Under the pieces are notes generated by a model that searched no databases, was not told the DNA's origin, and saw nothing but the letters and a program-made list of their open reading frames with translations. Positions 9,552-19,441 of a DNA stretch of 64,000 nt are shown one piece after another. The DNA is taken from positions 12,716-76,715 of the forward strand of contig CAYFNC010000012.1 of assembly GCA_964344345.1 (NCBI GenBank), given 5' to 3'. How positions within the stretch are numbered: position 1 is the first letter of the stretch; every line of letters begins with the position of its first letter. A program made the translations under genes and the position numbers. The DNA comes from an uncultured Hyphomicrobiales bacterium (lineage in GTDB: Bacteria; Pseudomonadota; Alphaproteobacteria; Rhodospirillales; CAYFNC01).

Positions 9552-10379
9552 TTACTTTCCCTTAATTTTGTCCATTTTTTCCGGTTGTAGCAAGCCTTTG
9601 ACGCGCCCCCGGCCGAGCGGCCCCTTGCAGGCGAACAGCTTGCTGACGTTCGTCTGCATGTTCACCACCGCCTTGCAGCCCTTGAGAACGTTGTCGCCCC
9701 GGATCAGCGTGACGTTCCCGGTCAAGGTGGCGACCTTTCTCTCCACGTCGTAAACGCCCCGGTCGGCCCGGACCTTGTCCGAGTCCGTGTCGATCTTGAT
9801 GTTGTCGTAGGCGTCGACCCGGTAGATCTTGTTGCGCTTGGTTTTGGTCTTCTTGAAACGGGCCACCAGCACGTCGGCGCGGAGCCGCTTTCCATCATGG
9901 ACGGCGAACGCGTTGCCGCGCGCAACGGCTTGTTGCTTCTTTTCCCAATACTCCATCTGGTCGTCGGCGGTGATCAGGTTTTCCTTGGTCTCCAGCCGGA
10001 CGCGGCCGCCCTTCAGCACCAGCACAGCCTTGTCCACGTCGTAGATCGCGTTCTGGCAGGTCACCTTCTCGCCCGGAGAGACGATGCGCACGTTGCCCTC
10101 GGCGTCCAGTCGCCAGATGTCGCTGCCGCCGCCCTGTTTCTCGCGGTAGTAGGCCCTGAGCATGTCGGCGAGAACGTTTACGTCGCCCTTGGTCGCGCGG
10201 GCGTTGCCGTGGGCGAGGAAGATCTGCTCGTCCTGTTGCCATTCGATGCCGTTCTCGGCCTCGATCTCGATGGGCTCGCCGGAATCGCCGCCCCCGAAGC
10301 CGAGACTCTGCGCCCAGGCGCCATGATGGCCGAAAGCCAACGCGGCCCAAAGGAGTGAAACGAACGCCAGCCGCCGCAC
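9552..10379 (-). CDS. lptA: LPS transport periplasmic protein LptA (OstA-like)
   Basis: 275 aa with a signal peptide (AFGHHGAWAQS) and repeated beta-jellyroll-type segments (GNARATKGDV..., ARGNAFAVHDG..., LTGNVTLIRGDN). Synteny supports the call. Confidence 0.85.
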   Translation of the reverse strand: MRRLAFVSLLWAALAFGHHGAWAQSLGFGGGDSGEPIEIEAENGIEWQQDEQIFLAHGNARATKGDVNVLADMLRAYYREKQGGGSDIWRLDAEGNVRIVSPGEKVTCQNAIYDVDKAVLVLKGGRVRLETKENLITADDQMEYWEKKQQAVARGNAFAVHDGKRLRADVLVARFKKTKTKRNKIYRVDAYDNIKIDTDSDKVRADRGVYDVERKVATLTGNVTLIRGDNVLKGCKAVVNMQTNVSKLFACKGPLGRGRVKGLLQPEKMDKIKGK

Positions 10380-10381
10380 GG

Positions 10382-11044
10382 TCAGTTCTCCTTCGAATGG
10401 GGATAGAGCAGCACCCGGGATTTGCCGGTCAACACCATGGTTTTTCCTTGGTCCAGCAATTGAAACCCTTCTCCCTCGACTTCGCCGAAAGAGCCGTGCC
10501 CCCTGATCGGGACGTCTCCCTTGGCGACGCTTTCCTCCAGGTCGATCAAGGCCTTTTCCGTATGGAACTCGTATCCGGAATCATGGAACAGGCTGACCGC
10601 GCCCACAAGGCTAAGTTTGTTCTCCTTGTGCAGGTAGACCCCGGATTCGGCGGTCAGCGCCATCCAGGCCCCGTCCTCGAGCGCGATGTCCGCCTTGGGC
10701 ATTTCCAGCTCCACCGGCTTGGTTTTCTTCGGGTCCACGTTGCGGGCGATGTCGGCGGAGATGGTGAAGGGCTGGCGGTTCTTGTCGGCGCCGTGGAAGC
10801 GCGCGTTGACCAGGGACGGCTCCTCCTTGCTTTTGGTCGCCACGTTTGCGAATCCGATCTGGAACTGGCCTTCCTTGGGGCGCAGGTGGGGCCAAGCGGC
10901 GACCAGCGCGATCAGCACCGCCGCGCCCAGCGGCAGGACGACCTTCATCGCTTGGACGAAGCGGCTGTAGGCGCTGTTGTAGCTCCGTCCGTCCTCGGCG
11001 TGGAGGAAGTCCTCGCCGAATCCCGCCTTGGGCGCCTCGCTCAC
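10382..11044 (-). CDS. lptC: LPS export system protein LptC
   Basis: Only the last 220 codons of track ORF 10382..12079 are credible. A GTG start at 11044 overlaps the kdsD stop (GTGA). It has one TM helix (VVLPLGAAVLIALVAAW) followed by a beta-rich periplasmic domain. Synteny is kdsD-lptC-lptA-lptB. Confidence 0.8.
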   Translation of the reverse strand: MSEAPKAGFGEDFLHAEDGRSYNSAYSRFVQAMKVVLPLGAAVLIALVAAWPHLRPKEGQFQIGFANVATKSKEEPSLVNARFHGADKNRQPFTISADIARNVDPKKTKPVELEMPKADIALEDGAWMALTAESGVYLHKENKLSLVGAVSLFHDSGYEFHTEKALIDLEESVAKGDVPIRGHGSFGEVEGEGFQLLDQGKTMVLTGKSRVLLYPHSKEN

Positions 11045-12036
11045 GCCACCCCCGCGCGCAGGCAGTCGTGGATGTGCAGAATGCCGATGGGCGTCTCGCC
11101 CTCCATCACGAAAAGCGTGGTGATGGCGTTGGCGTTCATGATCTGCAGGGCCTCGGACGCCAGCATGCCGGGGGGAATGGTCTTGCCGCCCTTGGTCATG
11201 ACCTCGCCCGCCTTGCGATCCATGATCCCGTCGCTCATGTGGCGTCGCAGATCGCCGTCGGTGATCACGCCCCGCATGGTCCCCGCGTCGTCGACGACGC
11301 CGACGCAGCCGAAACGCTTGTTGGTCATGATCAGGATGGCGTCGGACATGAGCGTGTCGGCGGAGGTCAAGGGCAGTTCGTCGCCCGCGTGCATGATGTC
11401 GGACACCTTCAACAGCCTCCGCCCCAGCTTGCCGCCGGGATGGAGCGCGTGGAAGTCGTCGGCGGAGAAGCCCTTGCGCTCCAGCAACGCCACCGCGATG
11501 GCGTCGCCCAGCGCCAGCATGGCCGTGGTCGAGGTGGTGGGCGCGAGCCCCATGGGGCAGGCCTCGGCGATGGCGGGCAGCGCAAGGACCGCGTCGGCGG
11601 CCTTGGCCAGCGCGCTGTCGGCGTTGCCGGTCATGGCGATCAGCGGAATGGCGAACCGCTTGCAGTGGGCGACGGTGTCGGCCAGCTCCTCGGTCTCGCC
11701 CGAATTGGACAGCGCGATCACCGCGTCGCCCTCGGCGATCATGCCGAGATCGCCGTGGCTGGCCTCGCCGGGATGAACGAAGAAGGCGGGGGTGCCGGTG
11801 GACGCCAGCGTCGCGGCGATCTTGCGCGCGACGTGGCCGCTTTTGCCCATGCCGGACACCACGGCGCGCCCCGAAAGCGACATCAGGATGTCCAGGGTGG
11901 CGACGAAGGATTCGTCCAGGGCCTCGGCCACCGCGCGGATGCCGTTTCCCTCCAGGTCCAGGACCCGCTTGGCCGATGCGATGTCGGGGTGTTCGGTTTG
12001 GGATGGATCGACGCCGACCGCCCAGGGAAAGGTCAT
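11041..12036 (-). CDS. kdsD: Arabinose-5-phosphate isomerase KdsD/KpsF (SIS domain plus two CBS domains)
   Basis: SIS motifs are GMGKSGHVARKIAATLASTG and SNSGETEEL, followed by tandem CBS domains. ATG 12036 gives 331 aa, the typical length. The alternative TTG at 12117 would add 27 aa. Confidence 0.9.
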   Translation of the reverse strand: MTFPWAVGVDPSQTEHPDIASAKRVLDLEGNGIRAVAEALDESFVATLDILMSLSGRAVVSGMGKSGHVARKIAATLASTGTPAFFVHPGEASHGDLGMIAEGDAVIALSNSGETEELADTVAHCKRFAIPLIAMTGNADSALAKAADAVLALPAIAEACPMGLAPTTSTTAMLALGDAIAVALLERKGFSADDFHALHPGGKLGRRLLKVSDIMHAGDELPLTSADTLMSDAILIMTNKRFGCVGVVDDAGTMRGVITDGDLRRHMSDGIMDRKAGEVMTKGGKTIPPGMLASEALQIMNANAITTLFVMEGETPIGILHIHDCLRAGVA

Positions 12037-12118
12037 GGTGCTTTGGCCTTGATTCAACGGATGCGAAACGCGCGCCCAACGCCCGGGAAGTATGGCCTTG
12101 CGCCGTTGAATCGTCAAC

Positions 12119-12757
12119 TTAGTGGGAGAAGATGTCCTCTTCGCCCCAGCCCAGGAGGTCCAGCTCCGCCCGGTGGGGCAGGAAGCCGAAACAGGCTTCG
12201 GCGATTTCCACCCGATCCTCGCGAATCAGCATGTCCTGCAGCCGCTCCTGAATCGCGTGGAGGTAGAGCACGTCGTTGGCCGCGTACTGAAGCTGCTTGT
12301 CGCTGAGCGCGTCCGCAGCCCAGTCGGACGACTGCTGCTCCTTGGACAGGTCCACGCCCAGAAGCTCCCTGCAGAGGTTCTTGAGCCCGTGGCCGTCGGT
12401 GTAGGTGCGGACCAGCTTGGACGCGATCTTGGTGCAATAGACCGGCGCGCAGTGGACGCCCAGGTATTTCTTGATCACGGCGACGTCGAATCGGGCGTAG
12501 TGGAAAATCTTGGTCACCCGCCCGTCGGTCAAAAGCGCCTTCAGGTTCGGCGCGGCGTAGGACACCCCGTCCGGGTCGGGGGGGAACTGCACCAGATGGC
12601 ATTCGCCGTCGCCCGCGGACAGCTGCACCAGGCACAAACGATCGCGATGGGGGTTCAGCCCCTGGGTTTCGGTGTCCACGGCCACCCGGTCGCCGAAATC
12701 GACGTCGGCGGGCAGGTCGCCCCGATGCAGGTGAATCTTCGGCGTCTTGGCGCTCAT
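12119..12757 (-). CDS. 3'-5' exonuclease (short RNase D-like, DEDD family)
   Basis: 212 aa. Motifs: VAVDTETQGL (ExoI, DxE), NLKALLTD...KIFHYARFDV (ExoII) and QLQYAANDVLYL (ExoIII, YxxxD). Confidence 0.85.
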   Translation of the reverse strand: MSAKTPKIHLHRGDLPADVDFGDRVAVDTETQGLNPHRDRLCLVQLSAGDGECHLVQFPPDPDGVSYAAPNLKALLTDGRVTKIFHYARFDVAVIKKYLGVHCAPVYCTKIASKLVRTYTDGHGLKNLCRELLGVDLSKEQQSSDWAADALSDKQLQYAANDVLYLHAIQERLQDMLIREDRVEIAEACFGFLPHRAELDLLGWGEEDIFSH

Positions 12758-12795
12758 GCTGTCAACCGCCCCCCAGCGGCCCGCCCAAGGAAAAA

Positions 12796-12882
12796 TGGTG
12801 CCCAGGAGAAGACTCGAACTTCCACGACCTTGCGGCCACAGGTACCTGAAACCTGCGCGTCTACCAATTCCGCCACCTGGGC
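12796..12882 (-). tRNA. tRNA-Leu (anticodon CAG)
   Basis: Minus-strand 87-nt cloverleaf: GCCCAGGTGGCGGAATTGGTAGACGCGCAGGTTTCAGGTACCTGTGGCCGCAAGGTCGTGGAAGTTCGAGTCTTCTCCTGGGCACCA. Acceptor stem GCCCAGG/CCTGGGC, anticodon loop TTCAGGT, long variable arm, T-loop GTTCGAGTC, and an encoded CCA. Confidence 0.95.
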
Positions 12883-13023
12883 GAGCGGGAATTCGCGCCG
12901 TTTCAGGCGCCTAAGTTAGGACTCCTAGGCCACGGGGGGGCGGCCTGTCAACCAGCTTTGTTCTTGACGTGGGCGGCAAGGCGCAAGACATATACCCAAA
13001 GGACGCGGGCAAGGAGGTGCGTG

Positions 13024-14034
13024 ATGGCCAATCGCGTGGTTACGGTTTTCGGAGGTTCGGGTTTCATCGGGCGGCACGTGGTGAAGCGCCTGGCGGAGGA
13101 CGGCTGGGTGGTTCGGGTCGCGGCCCGGGACCTGGAATCCGCCATGTTCCTGAAACCCCTGGGAAACGTGGGGCAGGTGACGCCGCTCGCCATCGACGCG
13201 TCCGACCCGGCCATGGCGGCGCTGGCCGTGGACGGCGCGGACGCGGTGATCAACCTGATCGGGATTTTGTATGAATCGGGCAAGCGGACGTTTCAGCGCA
13301 TGCATGTGGACGTGGCGGGCTCCATCGCCAAGGCGGCGGCCGACGCGGGGGCGAAGCACCTGATCCACGTCTCGGCCATCGGGGCCGACAAGACGTCCCA
13401 ATCCGGCTACGCCCGGACCAAGGCCCTGGGCGAGGAGGCGGTCCTAGCCGCCTTCCCCAACGCGGTGATCCTGCGCCCCAGCGTGGTGTTCGGGAGCGAC
13501 GACAACTTCTTCAACATGTTCGCGGGCATGACCCGGATCTCGCCGTTCCTACCCGTGTTCGGCTGCCCGCTGTTGCCGACGTTGAAAAGAACCGAGGGTG
13601 GCGGATTCTCGCTCGACATCTACGGCGGCGGCGGGACCAAGTTCCAGCCCGTGTTCGTCGGCGACGTGGCGGACGCGGCCATGGCCGGGCTCCGCGACCC
13701 GAACGCGCGCGGCAAGACTTTCGAACTCGGCGGCCCCCGGGCGATCAGCTTCAAGGAGGTCATGGACATCATCCTGGCCAACATCGGGCGCAAGCGTTTG
13801 ATCCTGCCGATTCCGTTCTTCGTGGGCGCGATGCAGGCGACGATCCTGGGCCTGATGCCCAAGCCGCTTCTGACCCGGGACCAGGTGACGCTGCTGAAGC
13901 GCGACAACGTGGTCGCGGCCGGGGCGCTGACGCTGGCCGACCTCGGCGTCGAGGCGACGCCGGTGGAATCGGTGGTTCCCAAGTACCTGTCCCGCTACAG
14001 CCCGCCTCGGGCCAAGGGGATACTGGCCGCCTGA
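13024..14034 (+). CDS. NAD(P)-binding epimerase/dehydratase-fold protein, complex I NDUFA9-like family
   Basis: The start at ATG 13024 is preceded by a perfect SD (aaggaggtg). The Rossmann motif is VFGGSGFIGRHVV. 336 aa. The track ORF starts earlier, at 12958. Confidence 0.8.
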   Translation: MANRVVTVFGGSGFIGRHVVKRLAEDGWVVRVAARDLESAMFLKPLGNVGQVTPLAIDASDPAMAALAVDGADAVINLIGILYESGKRTFQRMHVDVAGSIAKAAADAGAKHLIHVSAIGADKTSQSGYARTKALGEEAVLAAFPNAVILRPSVVFGSDDNFFNMFAGMTRISPFLPVFGCPLLPTLKRTEGGGFSLDIYGGGGTKFQPVFVGDVADAAMAGLRDPNARGKTFELGGPRAISFKEVMDIILANIGRKRLILPIPFFVGAMQATILGLMPKPLLTRDQVTLLKRDNVVAAGALTLADLGVEATPVESVVPKYLSRYSPPRAKGILAA

Positions 14035-15326
14035 TGCCGCTCAGACTGGACTACACCGACCCGGACTTCGAGGACGCCTTCGCCGCCATGCTCGGCGCCA
14101 AGCGCGAGACCGAGGCCGACGTGGACGACGTCGCCGCCGCCATCCTGGCCGACGTCAAGGCCCGGGGCGACGCGGCGCTGATCGAATACACCGAACGCTT
14201 CGACCGCGTTCGGACGACCCCGGAAACCTTGCGCGTCGGCCCGGACGACATCCGCGAAGCCCGCGGCCTCTGCGACGCCGAAGCGCTGGACGCGCTCGCG
14301 CTCGCCGCCGAGCGCATCGCGGATTTTCACCGCCGACAGGTCCCGGACGGGCTGGACTACGTGGACGGCGCCGGGATCGGGCTCGGATACCGCTGGACCC
14401 CGGTCGGGGCCGCCGGGCTCTACGTTCCGGGCGGCACGGCGGCCTATCCCTCATCCGTGCTGATGAACGCGCTGCCCGCCAAGGCGGCGGGCGTCGAACG
14501 CCTGGTCATGGCGGTTCCGACCCCCGACGGCCATCTGAATCCCCTGGTGCTGGCGGCGGCCGGGGTCGCGGGGGTGGACGAAATCTATCGCGTCGGCGGG
14601 GCGCAGGCGGTGGGCGCGCTCGCCTTCGGAACCGAAACCATCGCGCCGGTGGACATCATCGTCGGGCCGGGCAACGCCTATGTGGCGGCGGCCAAGCGCC
14701 GGGTGTTCGGGACCGTCGGCATCGACATGATCGCGGGGCCGTCGGAAATCCTGGTGGCCGCCGACGGGGCCAACGACCCCGACTGGATCGCCATCGACCT
14801 TCTGAGCCAGGCCGAGCACGACACCGCCGCCCAGTCCATCCTGATCACCGACGACGCCGCCTTCGCCGACGCGGTGGAGCGCGCGGTGGACGCGAGGCTC
14901 AGGACCCTGCCCCGCGCCGACATCGCGTCCGAAAGCTGGCGCGAGAACGGTTGCGTCATCGTGGTCCCGGACCTGGACGCCGCGGTCCCGCTCATCGACC
15001 GTGTCGCGCCCGAGCACCTGGAGCTCGCCGTCGAGGACCCCGACGCGCTGGCCGCCAAGGTCCGCAACGCGGGCGCCGTTTTCCTCGGCCGCTTCACCCC
15101 GGAAGCCTTGGGCGACTACGTCGCCGGTCCCAACCACGTGCTGCCCACGGCCCGAAGCGCCCGGTTCTCGTCCGGGCTCGGCGTTCTGGACTTCATGAAG
15201 CGCACCACCCATATCCGCGCGGACGCCGACGGGCTCGGCGCGGTCGGCGGCGCGGCGGTGGCGCTGGCCCGGGCCGAGGGGCTCGAGGCGCACGCGTTGT
15301 CCGTGGCGATCCGGATGAACCGTTAG
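14034..15326 (+). CDS. hisD: Histidinol dehydrogenase
   Basis: 430 aa. Motifs: GGAQAVGALAFGTE, IDMIAGPSEILV, SQAEHD and HLELAV. The start overlaps the upstream stop (TGATG). Confidence 0.96.
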   Translation: MPLRLDYTDPDFEDAFAAMLGAKRETEADVDDVAAAILADVKARGDAALIEYTERFDRVRTTPETLRVGPDDIREARGLCDAEALDALALAAERIADFHRRQVPDGLDYVDGAGIGLGYRWTPVGAAGLYVPGGTAAYPSSVLMNALPAKAAGVERLVMAVPTPDGHLNPLVLAAAGVAGVDEIYRVGGAQAVGALAFGTETIAPVDIIVGPGNAYVAAAKRRVFGTVGIDMIAGPSEILVAADGANDPDWIAIDLLSQAEHDTAAQSILITDDAAFADAVERAVDARLRTLPRADIASESWRENGCVIVVPDLDAAVPLIDRVAPEHLELAVEDPDALAAKVRNAGAVFLGRFTPEALGDYVAGPNHVLPTARSARFSSGLGVLDFMKRTTHIRADADGLGAVGGAAVALARAEGLEAHALSVAIRMNR

Positions 15327-15513
15327 CCGGCCGACCCAGGGCGCTTGAAAACCGTTCGTTCCAGGCGCTATAGTCCGCGCCCATGAAGACGTTGGTTTCC
15401 ATAGGCGAAACGCGAATTACCTGACCCGCGCCCAAAGGGGCCGCGATGCGGCTCGGCGCGCGGGTTTCCTTGAAACGCGTCTTCCATCGCCACTCCGAAC
15501 CGACGAGCCGACC

Positions 15514-18327
15514 ATGAGCCAGGACTACAAAGCCACCGTCTTCCTTCCAAAGACCGACTTTCCCATGCGCGCGGGGCTCGCCAAGAACGAGCCCGAGACC
15601 TTGAAGCGCTGGGAGGACGCGAACCTCTACGACGCCATGCGCGCCGAATCGGCGGGCCGCGAGAAATTCGTGCTGCACGACGGCCCCCCCTACGCCAACG
15701 GGCATCTGCACATCGGCCACGCGCTGAACAAGATCCTCAAAGACGTGATCAACCGCTCCCAGCGCATGATGGGCAAGGACGTGCACTACGTGCCCGGCTG
15801 GGACTGCCACGGCCTGCCCATCGAATGGAAGATCGAGGAGAAGTACAGGAACGCGGGCAAGAACAAGGACGAGGTCGATCCGATCGAGTTCCGCCGCGAA
15901 TGCCGCGAGTTCGCCGACCACTGGATCGATATTCAGCGCGAGGAGTTCAAGCGCCTCGGCGTCATCGGCGACTGGGACAATCCCTACACCACCATGACTT
16001 ACGCCGCCGAGGCGCAAATCGTGCGCGAACTCGGCAAGTTTTTGATGAGCGGGGCGCTCTACAAGGGCGCGAAGCCGGTGCTGTGGTCCATCGTCGAGAA
16101 GACCGCGCTGGCCGAGGCCGAGGTCGAATACTACGACCACACGTCCACCACCATCTTCGTCCGCTTCCCGGTGGCGACGCCCTCGATCCCGGAGATCGAG
16201 GGCGCGTCGGTGGTGATCTGGACAACGACTCCCTGGACCATCCCGGGCAACCGGGCGGTGGCTTATGGCGAGGGCATCGATTACGTGGTGCTGAAGGCGG
16301 GGGACGAGACCATCGTCGTCGCCGAGGCGCTCGTGGGCGAGATCGCCGCCGCCGCCGGGCTCGAGGGCCACGAGATCGTCCATCGCATGAAGGGCGCCGA
16401 CCTCGCCGGAACCGTCTGCCGCCATCCCTTCCATGGATTGGCCGACGGCTACTACGACTTCGACGTCCGCCTGCTGCCCGCCGATTTCGTCGAGGTGGAC
16501 ACGGGGTCCGGCTTCGTCCACATCGCGCCCAGCCACGGCCAGGACGACTGGGAACTGGGGGTTCAACACGGCGTCCCCGTCCCCGACATGGTCGGGCCCG
16601 ACGGAACCTTCGTCGACCGGGTCGGCCTGTTCGCGGGCGAGCTGGTCATGGCCTGGAAGAAGAAAAAGGCCAAGTTCCCCGCCAACACGGCGGTGGTGGA
16701 AAAGTTGGCCGAGATCGGCGCGCTTCTGGCGTCGGATAGGCTGGTTCACAGCTATCCCCATTCGTGGCGGTCCAAGGCGCCCTTGATCTTCCGCAACACG
16801 CCCCAATGGTTCATCAGCATGGACAAGACCGGGCTCCGCGACACCGCGCTGAACGCCGTGGACAACACCCGCTTCGTGCCCGCCGCCGGTCGGAACCGTT
16901 TAAGGGGGATGATAGAGACCCGGCCCGACTGGTGCGTGTCGCGCCAGCGCGCCTGGGGCGTGCCCATCACCGTGTTCGTGAACAAGAAGACCGGGGAGCC
17001 GTTGCGCGACCAGGCGGTTCTCGACCGCATCGTGGACGCCGTGGAGGCCGAGGGCGCCGACGCCTGGTTCGCCTCCGAACCGTCCCGGTTCCTGGGCGAC
17101 GAACACGACGCGGCGGATTACGAACAGGTCATGGACATCCTGGACGTCTGGTTCGATTCCGGGGCCACGCACACGTTTGTGCTGGAAGGCCGCGACGACC
17201 TCGCCTGGCCCGCCTCGCTTTATCTCGAAGGGTCCGACCAGCATCGAGGCTGGTTCCATTCGTCGTTGCTGGAATCCTGCGGCACCCGGGGGCGCGCGCC
17301 TTACGAGGCGGTGCTGACCCACGGTTTCGTCATGGCCGAGGACGGCATGAAGATGTCCAAGTCCTTGGGCAACGTGGTCTCGCCCCAGGACGTGACCAAG
17401 CGCGACGGCGCCGACATCCTAAGGCTCTGGGTGGTGGGGTCGGACTATTCCGAGGATTTGCGCATCGGCCCAGAAATCCTGAAGCAGCATGGCGACGTCT
17501 ATCGTCGGCTCCGCAACACGCTCCGTTTCGTGCTCGGCAACCTGAACGCGTTCGACGGGAGCGAGCGCCTCGCCCAAAGCGAAATGCCGGAGCTGGAGCG
17601 CTGGGTCCTGCACCGTCTCGCCGAGCTCGACCGCCGCCTGCGCCAGGCCTGCAACGACTTCGAGTTCCATTCCCTCTTCACCGAACTGCACAATTTCTGC
17701 GCCGTGGACCTGTCCGCGTTCTATCTGGACATCCGCAAGGACAGCCTGTACTGCGACCGCGCCGATTCGACCAGGCGGCGCGCGGCCCGGACGGTTCTGG
17801 ACGAACTGTTCAACTGCCTGACCGCGTGGCTGGCGCCGTTCATCTGCTTCACGGCGGAAGAGGCCTGGCGGGCGCGCAATCCGGACGGCAGCGTCCACCT
17901 CCGCCAATTCCCCGACATCCCCGCCGATTGGACCGACGATGCGTTGGCCGCCAAGTGGGACGTGATCCGCAACGTCCGCCGGGTGGTCACCGGCGCGTTG
18001 GAGATCGAGCGGGCGGAAAAGCGGATCGGGTCGAGCCTGCAGGCCGCGCCGGATGTCTACGTCCAGGCCGAGCACATGACGGCGCTCGCGGACCTCGACA
18101 TGGCGGAGATCGCCATCACCTCGGGGGTGAACCTGATCGAGGGCGCGGCGCCCGGCGGCGCCTTTGCGCTCGAGGACGTCGCGGGCGTCGGCGTGGTCCC
18201 GGCCATGGCCCAGGGCGAAAAGTGCGAGCGCTGCTGGATGGTGCTGGACGAAGTGGGCGGCAACGTCGATCATCCGACCCTCTGCAAACGCTGCGCCGAC
18301 GCGGTCGCCGCCATGGGCGAGGGCTGA
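15514..18327 (+). CDS. ileS: Isoleucine--tRNA ligase
   Basis: 937 aa. HIGH motif PYANGHLHIGH, KMSKS motif KMSKSLGN, and a C-terminal zinc-binding CERCW...CKRC. Confidence 0.98.
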   Translation: MSQDYKATVFLPKTDFPMRAGLAKNEPETLKRWEDANLYDAMRAESAGREKFVLHDGPPYANGHLHIGHALNKILKDVINRSQRMMGKDVHYVPGWDCHGLPIEWKIEEKYRNAGKNKDEVDPIEFRRECREFADHWIDIQREEFKRLGVIGDWDNPYTTMTYAAEAQIVRELGKFLMSGALYKGAKPVLWSIVEKTALAEAEVEYYDHTSTTIFVRFPVATPSIPEIEGASVVIWTTTPWTIPGNRAVAYGEGIDYVVLKAGDETIVVAEALVGEIAAAAGLEGHEIVHRMKGADLAGTVCRHPFHGLADGYYDFDVRLLPADFVEVDTGSGFVHIAPSHGQDDWELGVQHGVPVPDMVGPDGTFVDRVGLFAGELVMAWKKKKAKFPANTAVVEKLAEIGALLASDRLVHSYPHSWRSKAPLIFRNTPQWFISMDKTGLRDTALNAVDNTRFVPAAGRNRLRGMIETRPDWCVSRQRAWGVPITVFVNKKTGEPLRDQAVLDRIVDAVEAEGADAWFASEPSRFLGDEHDAADYEQVMDILDVWFDSGATHTFVLEGRDDLAWPASLYLEGSDQHRGWFHSSLLESCGTRGRAPYEAVLTHGFVMAEDGMKMSKSLGNVVSPQDVTKRDGADILRLWVVGSDYSEDLRIGPEILKQHGDVYRRLRNTLRFVLGNLNAFDGSERLAQSEMPELERWVLHRLAELDRRLRQACNDFEFHSLFTELHNFCAVDLSAFYLDIRKDSLYCDRADSTRRRAARTVLDELFNCLTAWLAPFICFTAEEAWRARNPDGSVHLRQFPDIPADWTDDALAAKWDVIRNVRRVVTGALEIERAEKRIGSSLQAAPDVYVQAEHMTALADLDMAEIAITSGVNLIEGAAPGGAFALEDVAGVGVVPAMAQGEKCERCWMVLDEVGGNVDHPTLCKRCADAVAAMGEG

Positions 18328-18332
18328 TCGCC

Positions 18333-18845
18333 ATGGGGCGGCTTCCCCTTTTCGCGCGGGGGCTTCTCGCCGCCCTGGTCGTCCTGGTCCTGGACCAGGC
18401 GACCAAGTGGTGGATCGTCGCCGTGGTGATGCAGCCGCCCCGGATCATCGAGGTGACGCCGTTCTTCAACCTCGTCATGGGCTGGAACACGGGCGTCAGC
18501 TTCGGGATCATGACCGAATCGAACGCGATTTTCCTGTCTTTGGTGGCGCTCGCCGTGGTGGCGGGACTTCTGGTTTGGCTCAAAAAGGCGGACCGGGTCC
18601 TGATCGCGCTGGCGATCGGGCTGATCATCGGCGGCGCGCTCGGCAACGTCATCGACCGCCTGCATTACGGCGCGGTCGCCGATTTCCTCGACTTCCATCT
18701 TGGCGGCGCGCACTGGCCCGCGTTCAACGTCGCCGACAGCGGCATCACCGTCGGCGCGGCCATCCTGTTGTTCGACTCCTTGTTTGGAAAGGACGAAACG
18801 ACTAATAATAAGAATGACGCTCAGGGAACGGGAACCGGGGCATGA
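18333..18845 (+). CDS. lspA: Lipoprotein signal peptidase II
   Basis: Only the last 170 codons of track ORF 16764..18845 are credible. ATG 18333 lies 6 nt after ileS. Motifs: LDQATKW, NTGVSFG, GGALGNVIDR and FNVADS. ileS-lspA synteny supports the call. Confidence 0.93.
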   Translation: MGRLPLFARGLLAALVVLVLDQATKWWIVAVVMQPPRIIEVTPFFNLVMGWNTGVSFGIMTESNAIFLSLVALAVVAGLLVWLKKADRVLIALAIGLIIGGALGNVIDRLHYGAVADFLDFHLGGAHWPAFNVADSGITVGAAILLFDSLFGKDETTNNKNDAQGTGTGA

Positions 18846-19405
18846 GGAACACGACGCTGATCATCGCCATGGCGTGCGTCCTGCTCGCCACCGCGGGATG
18901 CGAGGAGACCAAGCGCGCGCTTGGCCAGGGCAAGCGCAAGCCGGACGAGTTCGCGGTCTATTCCCGCGCGCCGCTGAGTCTGCCGCCCGACTATTCCCTG
19001 CGCCCGCCCAGGCCCGGCGAATCCCGGCCCCAACGGGTGACGCCCCAGGACAAGGCCAAGTCCGCGTTGTTCGGACGCCGTCGGGGGATCGAGCCCATGC
19101 GGCCCATCCCCGCCGACGTTTCGCCCGGGGCCCAGTCCATTCTCCGAAGCGCCAAGACCGACCGGGCCGAGCCCAACATCCGCGCCATCGTCAACCAGGA
19201 AACCTCGATCATGTCCGAGGCGGACCAGACCCTGACGGAACGGCTGATGTTCTGGGACACGGCGCACGAATACGGCTCCATGGTCGATCCGTCGAAGGAG
19301 AACAAGCGCATTCAGGAAAACAAGGCGCTTGGAACGCCCATCACCAAGGGCGAGACCCCGACCATCAAGCGCAAGCGCAAGGCGCTGCTTGAAGGGGTGT
19401 TCTAG
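18842..19405 (+). CDS. DUF3035-type lipoprotein
   Basis: 187 aa with a lipobox (LLATAGC) and the motif PDEFAVYSRAPLSLPPDYSLRPP. The start overlaps the lspA stop (ATGA). Confidence 0.75.
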   Translation: MRNTTLIIAMACVLLATAGCEETKRALGQGKRKPDEFAVYSRAPLSLPPDYSLRPPRPGESRPQRVTPQDKAKSALFGRRRGIEPMRPIPADVSPGAQSILRSAKTDRAEPNIRAIVNQETSIMSEADQTLTERLMFWDTAHEYGSMVDPSKENKRIQENKALGTPITKGETPTIKRKRKALLEGVF

Positions 19406-19441
19406 AAGCCTGCTAGGCTGTCGCGGTTATACGCGCGTCCT

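Noticed and set aside
10382-12079. 565-aa ORF reported as a single protein
   Set aside because: Only the last 220 codons (lptC, GTG 11044) are credible. Upstream of 11044 this frame runs off-frame across kdsD and translates to Arg/Gly/Pro-rich nonsense.
12786-13023. tRNA-Leu as a possible integration hotspot for a genomic island
   Set aside because: I saw no integrase, no direct repeat of the tRNA 3' end and no compositional break next to it. The flanking genes (DEDD exonuclease, NDUFA9-like, hisD) look like core genes.
16764-18845. 693-aa ORF overlapping ileS
   Set aside because: Only the last 170 codons (lspA, from ATG 18333) are real. The rest is an alternative frame of ileS.
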